Of a DNA stretch of 64,000 nt, positions 21,823 through 32,546 are shown one piece after another. The stretch is from Azolla caroliniana (taxonomy: Eukaryota; Plantae; Polypodiophyta). Under the pieces are notes generated by a model. It ran no database searches. It was not told the DNA's origin and was given only the letters and a program-made list of their open reading frames with translations. A program made the position numbers and the translations under genes. Each line of letters begins with the position of its first letter. Within the stretch, counting starts at the first letter, position 1. Location of the stretch: contig JBHGNT010000012.1 in the NCBI GenBank assembly GCA_043228905.1, positions 13,950,001 to 14,014,000 of the forward strand, read 5' to 3'.

Positions 21823-23949
21823 ATGAAAGGGTCAGATCTTGCGGAGGCCATGGCTTCGGCCGTGGATCGGATACTGAGCGCACGCGAGGGCTCCGGCGCC
21901 CTCAACAGAGCCATTGAGGCGGTCGTCGGTACGATCGGCAGGATCAGCGGAAAGGATGCCACGAAGTATTTGGCGTCCTACGGGGCAGAAATGCTGATGC
22001 GGGACATTCCAGAAGAGAGGCGTCTTGCCGGGTTCCCTCGAGTGGCGATGCCGAGCATCCATGCGGAGGTGCTCGAGGTGCGGGCGGAGAGCCGTACCTG
22101 GGAGGAGTTCGAAGGTCGACTCCTAGAAAAATACGGGCTGGACGACGTGCTCCGGCTTTCGAAACGGGACTTCATGGAGTGGGTGGAGTCCCCCGGCAAG
22201 GGAAGAAACGCGTCGGCACTCCGCCGGGAGTTTGAAGAACGCTTTGCGCGCCTTTCCGCGCTTGACCGAACCATTCTGGATACGAGTCGGGTCCTACTGT
22301 TCGTCAAGTCGGTGGACGAGCGGGACCGGGATCAAGTCGGCTCCTTGCTGGAAACCGAAGACGGGCTGACGACCGACTAGGCTGCGGTTAAGAGAGTCTG
22401 TGGCCGTTTCGACAAACGGCGAGAATGGGCTGATAACGGGGCGGCCGGTGCGGGCTCTGTCACAGCAAGGAGGCTTGAACCGGAACCACAAGAGCGAAGG
22501 ACAGAAGCCCGGGAGTGGCTCGAAACCGGGTCGGCTCCGACCGGCATGGTCAGTGGCTCGTCCGAAGGAGTAGCGCTAGAGGAGTTGACACGGGCGATAA
22601 AGGATCTCCAGATCGCCCAGACTCGAAGGGAAGGCGGCGAACCGGCTCGTGACCGACGGCCGGTAGCAGGGAACAGGTGCATGTGGTGCGACGAGGTCGG
22701 CCACATCCGGAAGGACTGCGGCGATTTCGCAGAAGCGTTGAGGAACCGGGTGGTATACCTGTGGGAAGGCCGGGTTCACGCCGGCGACACCAGAAGGGCC
22801 CTGAACGGAAACGACGGGCGAGGAGGAATGAAGAGACTGATGGAAGAGGCAGCGGCCCGACATGTGGAGGCCATCCACTACTTGGCGTCGGCCGGCATTC
22901 GGGTCGGGGGCAGCGAGGCCCGAAAGGAGGGCAAAGACGGATTTTGGTCGGCAATGTTGGAAGGTCTTGCCGGCGCACGGCTAAGGAAAGATGAAACGGA
23001 CCGCGCTGAGAGACGGGTCCGGGAAATAACCGGGTGGAGCGATCCGGTTGAGGAGAAGACGGGCTTCGTAGAAGCCACCTGCCGGAACTACGAGGCTTTG
23101 GTAGAAGACAAACGAGTGGGGAAAGCCGGAGCGGCCGGGCCCTCACAACGGTACGAGACACGATTCAGGCAACGATGGAACGATGCCGGTGGGTCCAGCT
23201 CGCAAGATAACCCCAGGAAGGGCAGATACTGACTGGGGACGGAAATAGAAAGGACTACGGACCTACGAAAGGTCCTAGAAGAACGGATCCTCGACAGCAA
23301 AGTGGAGCTGTCATTGCGAGAGGTGCTAGGGATCGCCAAGAAGAAGTTCCACGACTCCATTGTGGACTTGGTGAAACGGAAGAGGCTGTCGACGGAGACA
23401 GAATCGGAGAGATCGGTGGAGGTGCGGACGATGCACATCGACGACTCGGCGCTGGCAGATGAGTGAGCGGAGAGCCACTATTCGAGGCCACACTGAGCCC
23501 GAGCGACCACGGAGACCCCGGTGAAGATCGGAGATGTTCAGGAACCGGTGGTGGCGTTGGTGGACCACGGTTCGGAAATAAACCTAATGTCCATGGACTT
23601 CTATAAGAAGGGAAAGTGGCCGATCAACACCAGGCACGGGTGGAAGATACGGGCGGCGACGCGCGCCACCGAGGAACTGCACGGGGCCTGCCCGAACGTG
23701 CGAGTCAAGATCGGCGACGTCGAGATTGACCAGCACTTCTTCGTACAGGAGACGTCCTCGCACCCGGTCATATTAGGGGAACCATACATCACGGCGGCGC
23801 AAATGGAGACCAAGGTGCATGACAACGGTTCGGCCTACGCGAGGGTCAAAAGCCAGGACGGGCGCCATTCGGTCCAATTTCTGACGGTACGACCGAACCA
23901 CGAGCGAAACCGCGAATCCCTCGGTGGTGAGAACCGGGAGGATTTTTAG
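21823..23949 (+). pseudogene. gag: A1 gag-protease ORF with premature stops
   Basis: CMWCDEVGHIRKDC knuckle and LVDHGSEIN protease; collinear with the intact 719-aa ORF of A2. Confidence 0.9.
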
Positions 23950-26900
23950 AGAGGGTTGCCGAGGCGTGGGGCCGAGACAGCCCGGACACTCCGGAAAGAC
24001 CCCACAGCTGTACGATAGAACCGAAACCGAAGGAACCCTGTACGATAGGTAGGAAATTTTGCTTCTCCGACAACGGAGGATGTATGATAGTCGGCATCGT
24101 TGGCCGAGAAAAGACAAGGGCGGAAGTACGACTTCGAGCGTGCGGAGTTCTCGGCCCGAACGAGGAAATCAACGGAGCCGTGGAGGCGGTCTCCTTCGAC
24201 GACACCTTGGGGATGCCGAGGAAGGTAGCCGGAGAAGACCTTAACGAAGACCGGACGATACCGGTATGTTCCGAAGAGATGCACGAAGTCATCGCGAACT
24301 TCAGCCAAGGACTCCGGTCAGATCAGACGGCCCGAGTCGGCACGAAGTACAAGACTGTGGACCGGAAGGTAAGGCCAGTCGCGGCACCCTTACCGGAGGG
24401 CAGCGAGTCCCGAATCAGAGGGGTTGCGTCGGACCCCAGTTTACGAGATCCGGCCTGCATAGGACACACCTTCACCGACGGGACGCTCCGGGAGCTCAAG
24501 ATCGGTGGGGGCGGGTTCCTACTGCCGGCGGAGGAAGACCGGTTTCGGAGAATGCTCGGAAGGCACAGGAAAGCCTTCGCATTTTCGCCGGAAGAGATAG
24601 GGTGCGTAGACCTGACAATCGTGGAGCCGATGGTGATATTCACGGTACCGCATGTGCCGTGGAATCTCAAGCCGATTCCGGTACCAAGAGCTCACATCCC
24701 GGAGTTGATGGAGCTACTGAGGCAGAAAGTCGATATGGGTATTCTCGAACCGTCGAGCGCACCATACTCGAACCGATGGTTTACCGTACCAAAGAAAAAC
24801 GGAACATTGCGCTTCATTCAAGACCTGCAGCCGGTCAACAGAGTGACCATTCAGAACGCAGGGATCAGACCGACCATAGACGAGTTCGCGGAGGCCTTCG
24901 CCGGAAGGTCGATTTATTCGGTCGGTGATCTGTACTCGGGGTACGACCAGTTCCAGCTAGCCGTGGAGAGCAGGGACATTACGACGATGCGAACTCCCCT
25001 CGGCCTAGTGCGAATGTGTACCCTGCCACAAGGAGGGACCAACTCGGTGGCCCACATGGTGAATGCAATGAACAAGGTACTGAGGGATTGCATTCCGAAC
25101 ATCACCATGCCATTTCTAGACGACATCCCGATCAAGGGGTGCCCGGTGGAAGAGAAGGACGCAACACTCGGACCGGACGGATGCCGGCGATTCGTGGCAA
25201 CACACATCGACGACTGCGAGAAGGTGCTACAGAGGCTAGAGGATGCGAGGCTCACCTTCTCCGGGGAGAAATCGGCCTTCGGGCAATCAGAGATCCTGGT
25301 GGTCGGACACCGATGTGGACCATATGGCCGGAAGCCGTCTCCGGCAAAGGTAGAAGCCATCTCCGCGATGAAGACCGACTGTAGCTCGGTTACGGAAGTT
25401 CGGAGGTTCCTGGGGGCGTGCGCGTTCTACCACATATGGATCCCGCATTACGCCCACGTTGCAAAGCCGCTATACGGGTTGCTGAAAAAGGGGCGAAAAT
25501 TCGAGTGGCGAGATGACCACACGGAATCGGTCCGGAAGCTAAAGGAAGCTCTTGCGGCAGCACCGGCGCTCCGGAAGGCTGTCTACGAGAAGGACCATGC
25601 CATTTCTAGACGACATCCCGATCAAGGGATGCCCGGTGGAAGAGAAGGACGCAACACTCGGACCGGACGGATGCCGGCGATTCGTGGCAACACACATCGA
25701 CGACTGCGAGAAGGTGCTACAGAGGCTAGAGGATGCGAGGCTCACCTTCTCCGGGGAGAAATCGGCCTTCGGGCAATCAGAGATCCTGGTGGTCGGACAC
25801 CTATGTGGACCATATGGCCGGAAGCCGTCTCCGACAAAGGTAGAAGCCATCTCCGCAATGAAGACCGACTGTAGCTCGGTTACGGAAGTTCGGAGGTTCC
25901 TGGGGGCGTGCGCGTTCTACCACATATGGATCCCGCATTACGCCCACGTTGCAGAGCCGCTACACGGGTTGCTGAAAAAGGGGCGAAAATTCGAGTGGCG
26001 AGACGACCACACGGAGTCGGTCCGGAAGCTAAAGGAAGCTCTTGCGGCAGCACCGACGCTCCGGAAGGTTGTCTACGAGAAGGATACCCCGGTATACATA
26101 ACGGTGGATACGAGCCCGATCGGGATCGGATGGGTCGTCAACCAAGAAGACAAGGACGGCATTCGGTTCCCGATCCGATTCGGCGCGAAGGTCCTCAGTG
26201 AGCAACAACAAGGGTACGCCCAGGTTAAACGCGAACTCTGGGGTATCGTTTCGGTAGTAAAGGCCGACAAAGACTACCTGATCGGGACGGAAGTGATCAT
26301 CGAGACGGATTGCCTGCCAATTCTCGGCATGGTTTCCGGATGCGCGACACCGGACCTGGCGATGCTCAGGTGGATAGCATACATCAAGTCCCTGGACCCG
26401 GAAATACGACACATTTCCGGAAAGGACAACGCCATGGCCGACATGCTTTCGAGGGCGAGGTTTGATGACGAGGGCGGCATGGTTTCGGAGGACGAAGAAG
26501 TCGGCGTGGACTTCTTCGAGGCAGCGTACGTGACGACCGATGGGACGAGCACTCCGGCGCTTAACGGCTTCGACGAGATTAAGTACGACGGCGAGTGGCT
26601 CCAGATCGGTGGGTTTCTAAGGACAATGATGCCGGATGCGTCATGGACGAAGGACGAGTCCAACCGGATCCGGAAGAAAGCTTACCGATTCTTTCTCCGG
26701 GACGGATACTTATGGAAGCACCCGAAGAAGAGGAACGGCGTCCCGCTCCCGGTGGTGGCGATGAAGGAAGAACAGGAGGAGCTGCTGATGGCCTACCACG
26801 ACAGCCCTTGGGCTGGTCACCATGGAACGTGGGCCACGTTCGAGAAGATAAAGGGGAAGTACTGGTGGCCGGGACTGTACCGGGACGTGCATCGGTTCGT

Positions 26901-27933
26901 GACAACTTGCGAGAGCTGCCAGATGCACTCCATAGTTCGGCATTAGGACGAGCTTCACCCTACGTACCCTCCGACCATCCACTTCAAATGGATGGTAGAT
27001 CTGGTGACGATGCCGATGGGCGTAGGACAGATGCGGTATCTGGTCCTGGCTCGGGAAGATCTGACGAACTAGGTGGAAGGCCGAGCCCTTCAGAACAAAA
27101 CGACCGCGGCCGTATGTTGGTTCCTGATCGAGGACGTGATATGCCGGTACGGGTGCGTCAGGGAGATTGTGGCTGATCGCGGGGAGTTGGACGCCGAAGA
27201 GGCCGAAGAGTTGTTCGACCGGCTAGGAGTCAAGCTCTCGCTTACCACTGCGTACAATCCGGAGGCGAATGGGAAGGTGGAGCTCGGACACGGACCGATT
27301 GTCAAGGCGTTAGTTCGGGCATGCGGGGGGCAAGTCGGGAACTGGCCGCGGCTGCTGCCTTACGCGTTGTGGGCTGACCGAACTACGCACAGTTCGGTAA
27401 CCGGATTCATGCCGGCAGAACTCATGTTTGGGCAGAAGCCGGTCATGCCGATGGAACGTACGATCTCCTCATGGGCAACCGTAGGCTGGAGAGACGAGAT
27501 GAGCCGGGAGGAACTGTTGGCGGCGCGTATACGACAGCTCGAGCGAAGACCGGAGGACGTGGAGCAGGCTGCGGAAAAGCTTCGGGAAGCAAGGATGAGG
27601 AACAAAGCTCGGTTCGACCGAACGCATCGGCTCCGACCGAAGAAGATCGAGGAAGGCGACTGGGTGCTAGTCTACGACAGCAGCCTCGACAACCAGCACC
27701 GAGCGACACGGAAGTTCGCAAGAAGGTGGTTCGGGCCTTACGTGGTACAAAGCGCCAACGACAACGGGACATACCATCTGGCGGAACTCGACGGCACGAG
27801 AATGGCGATACCGGTATCTGGGAAGCGGATCAAAGCGTTCAAGAAGCGTCACGACGACGAGCCGGATCCGGTTAACCTGGACCGGAACGACGAACGATCC
27901 GAAACCGAGGAAGAACCGACGGGCAGGGAATGA
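23940..27933 (+). pseudogene. pol: A1 pol (RT-RNase H-integrase) in the -1 frame, disrupted by a 490-bp duplication and stops
   Basis: LPQGGTNSV, PFLDDIPIKG, VDTSP/KRELWG/ETDC RNase H, HHCC, WFGPY. Confidence 0.92.
25104..26083 (+). repeat. 490-bp direct tandem duplication within A1 RT
   Basis: ACCATGCCATTTCTAGACGAC starts at both 25104 and 25594; ~10 substitutions between the copies. Confidence 0.95.
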
Positions 27934-30805
27934 AGGCTGGACCGGTTTTCTCCATCCCAACTCAGTTTGGCGCATGCCGGTGGATGCGCGGTTAGGTGGG
28001 GGCGGATGTCGTGAAGAAAACCGTCCACGAGCGGAATCGGTGCGCCGGAGCATAGGAACCGGCTCTTCATGCACGCACGCCTTGTGTTGTACATAGGAGA
28101 GAATTAGGGACATGGAAGATCCTAGGTAGGTAGATTTGATAGGTAAGAAGTTAATAGGAAACGGCTCCCTTCTTGCCTAATAAAAGGAGGGGGACGAGGA
28201 GGAGGAAGGGATCGCGGAGAGTCGAGGACGAAGTGCTGTCGGTTTGTGGGCGAAGACTTCTTTCTCTCTCTGGCTCTTCCAAACTCCATAGCTTCTTTCT
28301 GCGCAGGTTTCGGGAGGCTCGCGCTGCTCTAAGGAATGCCCGAGTGCTTCCGGCAGCACCTCCAACCTACTCTTTCCTTTCTGTGCGTTTACGAATAGGC
28401 ATCGGCATCTGTTCGCCGGCCTGTTCGGTTGTAACCGACTTCGTGTTTTGTTGTTTGTTTTTGTTAATACATACATACATTCGTGTCTCTCTGTGTCGCT
28501 GTCCCACTCGCGTCTTTGTGTCGAAGGGCCGTGTCCCTGTGAATCTGCTCTCGCCCGTAGCGGGTCTCTTCTCCTTTCTCTCTTGCCCTTCGGTACAGGA
28601 CCCCCGAGGTCCCGCCTCATTCCACGCATCCGCGAGGAATACCTCGACAACGTTATTTGAGTCAGAGGCACTAGTTGAATGATTTGCTGACATCGAGTGT
28701 GCTCACTACGAACATTCTGCTACGATCATCGTAGTCGGAATTCGTAGCGTAATTCGTAAAAATTCCACTATGATTGTTGTAGTCGGAATTCGAAGCGTAG
28801 TTCGTGAGCTGTTGGCTAGTTGAAGCCAAGTCTCATACTTTTTTCCGGCACTCCTCTTCATAGTGACCGAGTTTTCCGTAGTATCCGCATTTGATTGGGT
28901 TATTACGATTGCTTGGTCCGGCATGATGACTCCCCCTTTTTCCGAACTCTCTTGGATTGTTCTTGTCCGCTTGCCATTGGTGAGAGTTACGCTCTTGAGT
29001 CTGCTGACCATGACGGCCTTGTCCGAGCCGACCTCTATTTCCACGGCCGAAATTTCTTCTGTCATCCGACTAGGAGTAGAGCATCTGACCCTCTGGTGCA
29101 TTGCTCCTCTATTGGGTGTGATTTTCCTCAACCAACAATATTGACGGGAGATCGAAAAAGGTGGGAGGATTCTCTCTTGCGAGGACGGCGGATCTTATTG
29201 CGTTGAATCGAGGTGCCAAGCCTCTGAGGCATATCTGTGCCATTTCTTCGTCGTCAATGCCAACATTGATCGACCCGAGGGCATCGCACAACTCCTTGAT
29301 CTTCAAGGCGTAGCTGCCGATTGACATGTCCCTTTGTTGAATGCCATTCAACTCTTGACGAAGCTGGAGCTTGTGGGCAGCCGTATTGGCCCATGCTTCT
29401 TTCGGTGGTTTTGCCTCTCGAATATAGCCAAGCATGTGATCATGTAGGCATTATGCATGGCAGTACAACACACGGCTTGCAGCCTGCTCCCACGCTGGGT
29501 AGTCGACGTGTGTTGGGTTGGGTTGCGTTTCGTTAGTTCCTTCAATATAGCTCCAATATCCTTGTTCAACAAGGTACTCATGCATCTTGTACTCCCAAGA
29601 TGCGAAATTTGTCTTGTTGAGCTTCTCTGTAGGAAGAGTGCTTCCCATATGAGTATTCATAGTGATTTCTTCTCTATTAATAAGCCGGTTCTGTTGATCG
29701 TCAGCGTGTACCACAACACGGTCGAATAGATTCAATTAAGCAACCACACGCTCTGATACCATGTAAAGAAATGGAGTTGGTGGTATAATGCAATAGAAGA
29801 TAATTGAGTGAGTGAGTGAGTGTGTGTGTGTGTACACAACAAACAGAGAGAGAGAGGGGGGGGGGGAGCTCTTAACAAGAAAACTGTATATTATGTCCAA
29901 CAGTAACTAAGTTACAAGGGGTTGGTTTAAATACCAACTAAACTAGGGCAAGTGCCCTTTCTACTATTTACAAAACTAGCCTGGTATGACCATAAGCTAG
30001 TGTGAAACCTATTACTATGGGAAGTTGAGTTCGACTCTCAACAAATATACATCTTCTTGAGTATTCTATTTTCTATGCTATCTATCTTGTGTCTTTCTTC
30101 TCTCCTCTTCTCAAACACACACACAACACACACAACACACATCTCTAACCTATTCTGCCGCACAGAATCACCATCAATTCTTTACATGGTATTAGTGCAC
30201 TTTGGTTGCTCGATCTAGCCCATCCTCCTGTGTTGTGTCTACGCCGACAATTCAAAGAAATCCGACTCATCGTTATCGTAGTGCCGTTACATAGCTCGTG
30301 TTCGAAAGAGACGGAGAAGAAGAAAGAAATCAACATTGGCAAAATGAATACTCAAATGGAGAGCACTCTCCCTAGCGAGAACTTGGACAGAAACAACTTC
30401 ACATCTTGGGAGTACAAGATGCACCAATACCTTGTTGGTCAAGGTTATTGGAGCTACATCAAAGAAGCACAAGAAAATCGACCCAACCCAAAGGACGACG
30501 ACTACTCAACATGGGAGCAAGTAGCGAGTCGAGTAATGTATTGCTTGACGACATGTATTCATGACCACATGCTCGACCACTTTCAAGAAGTGACGACGCC
30601 AAAGGAAGCATGGGAGAATCTAAGGAAGATTTTCACAATCAACACAACCGCAAGAAAGCTTTAACTCAGCCAAGAGTTGAACAATATTGAACAAAGAGAC
30701 ATGTCCATCACAAGATACACCTTGAAGATCAAGGAGCTTTGTAATTCACTCGGCTCAATAAGAGTCAATGTGGAGGATGATGAGACGGTGCAAATATGCC
30801 TCGGC

Positions 30806-31460
30806 TATCACGGATAGATCATAAGCTCAAGAGACTACAAAGAAGATAACCAAATGGTTGAGTGGTATTAACTGAAAGACTCCATAACTGGTGTTGTTCA
30901 CCTTGAATTCCTTCAAGGTGAACTCAACTATTTATACTATGTGGCATGCATACCTGTTGCACGCATGAGAATCTACAATAGAGCATGTAGGTACGCATGC
31001 ATGTGCCAAGTGTAAATAATACAAGGGAGCAACTATGCACAAAATGCTAGTGAAAAACTACAAGGAGAAATTATACACATGATTGTATACTAGATATGTT
31101 GGTTAACCCATAACATTTGATTATAACATGGTTATGTCAAGAGTTCGAATCTTGACATTATCCCCCCTCCTACGTCGCCTTCCCAAATTTTGCGATGGTT
31201 CCCACGTGGCATCACACATGGGGTAACCCTTCTACAAGAAGAGGTATTGCAACTGTCGACGGTGCCAATTCGAGTCAAGGATTTGGTTGACCTCGTAGTA
31301 TTCCTCCCCTATCATCAATTGCACAGGTGGTGGTGGTGCACAGGTGGTGGTGGTGGGGCCTAACATCCTGGGAGTTGCGAAGCATAATGGGGTTTGAGGA
31401 GGGAGACATGAAAAACATAGTGAATCCGGAAGGGCAAGCCGGAAGGTCTGGTGGGTACAC
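30806..31460 (-). mobile_element. Chromovirus 3' remnant: integrase tail, chromodomain, PPT, 3' LTR (30806-31157)
   Basis: IHYVFHVSLLKP, PPPP...YEVNQILDS...QYL and ATWEP motifs; PPT GGAGGGGGGATAA adjacent to TGTCAAG. Confidence 0.8.
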
Positions 31461-32546
31461 ATCTTTGTTTGTTCTGTACATGCGGTTGTGATTCATTCGG
31501 CCGGTAAGCGCCACTTGCCGGAAGCAAGCATTCGCCGGCTCGACCCTCGCGCTCTCTCTCCCCTTGATCTCTTGCACTCCTCGGTCCAAGGCCCCCGCGG
31601 TCCCGCCTTAGTCTCTCTATGTAAGAGAAACAACACGACATTAATTTGGTGAACCCGACGTGAAAGAAGGTGGCATAGGAGTTGAAGATGAGGGGATCAG
31701 AGCTTGTTGAAGCCATGGCGACAACCGTTGATCGGATAGTAAGTGCTCGCGAGGGCACGGGCGCCCTCGACAGGGCCATCGAAGCGATTGTCGGCACAAT
31801 AGGTTGGTTTGGTGCGAAGAACGCCACGAGCTATTTAGAGGCCTACTGAGCCGAGATTGTGATGAGGGACATCCCAGAGGACAGGTGACTGGTCGGATTG
31901 CCTCGGGTGGCAACACCGGCATTCACGCAGAGGTGCTCAAGGTACAGGCTGGGTTACGAACCTGGGGAGAATTCGAAGGTCGGCTCCTCGAGAAGTACAG
32001 GCTCGATGATGCGCTACGGTTGTCGAAGCAGGACTTCATGGAGTAGGTGGAGACCCCTCGGAAAGGGGAGGAACACGTCGGCGCTCCTCCGGGAGTTTGA
32101 GGAAGGAGGAAGCGTTGCTGCAGAATCGAGGGCGGAGCTCTCTCTCTTCTCCTCCAACCGTCGTTCTCTGCGGGCGTCGGGAGTTCGCTACCTCTGCTTC
32201 GGGGCCAGCCCGTGTGCTTCCAGCAGAGTCTCTCCTTTTCCCCCTTTGTTTTTGGGAGTCGTGTGACTGTCGTCGGTGTGCGTGAGTAGGGTCCCCGTGT
32301 CGGGTCCGTCGCCGCCTTGTCGGTTGTAACCGTCGGAGTTTGTAATCTCTTGTCATTGTAATTAAGTGTTACGTTCTATATCTCTCTTTCTCGCTTCTAC
32401 GTGTCTGTGAATCTCTCTCTCTGTCTGTCTCTCTCTCGCTCCTCGGTCCAAGACCCCCGTGGTCCCGCCCCTTTCTACACGTACGCGCGTAACAACGCAA
32501 CATATTTGGTAAACTCGACGTGAAAGGGCGGCAAAGGAGTCGAAAG

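Larger units (their letters stand above)
21137..28649 (+). mobile_element. Full-length Gypsy family A copy A1, 4-bp TSD ACGT
   Basis: 643-bp LTRs 21137-21779 and 28007-28649 (~11 mismatches by eye); PBS TGGTGAACCCGACGTGA (tRNA-Trp) 21783-21799; PPT GGTTAGGTGGGGGCGGA; removing it with one ACGT restores the Copia frame DSNNVWFVDSG. Confidence 0.95.
17711..30043 (-). mobile_element. Ty1/Copia element C1 (degenerate), TSD AATAT; hosts element A1 and a solo LTR
   Basis: 5' LTR 29762-30043; PBS TGGTATCAGAG 29751-29761; gag 28700-29660; WFVDSGAS protease; integrase ~19900-20950; RT ([19 protein letters not shown]) 17760-18860; 3' LTR reduced to 17711-17756 by a deletion that also removed RNase H; AATAT at 17706-17710 and 30044-30048. 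Confidence 0.92.
17100..30805 (+). mobile_element. Copia C2 remnant: 5' LTR (split by C1; left boundary uncertain, ends 30186), degenerate Met PBS, gag fragment 30344-30805
   Basis: LTR halves rejoin across TSD AATAT; TTTACA-TGGTATTAGTGC at 30181-30198; gag MESTLPSENLDRNNFTSWEYKMHQYL is homologous to C1 gag. Confidence 0.7.
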
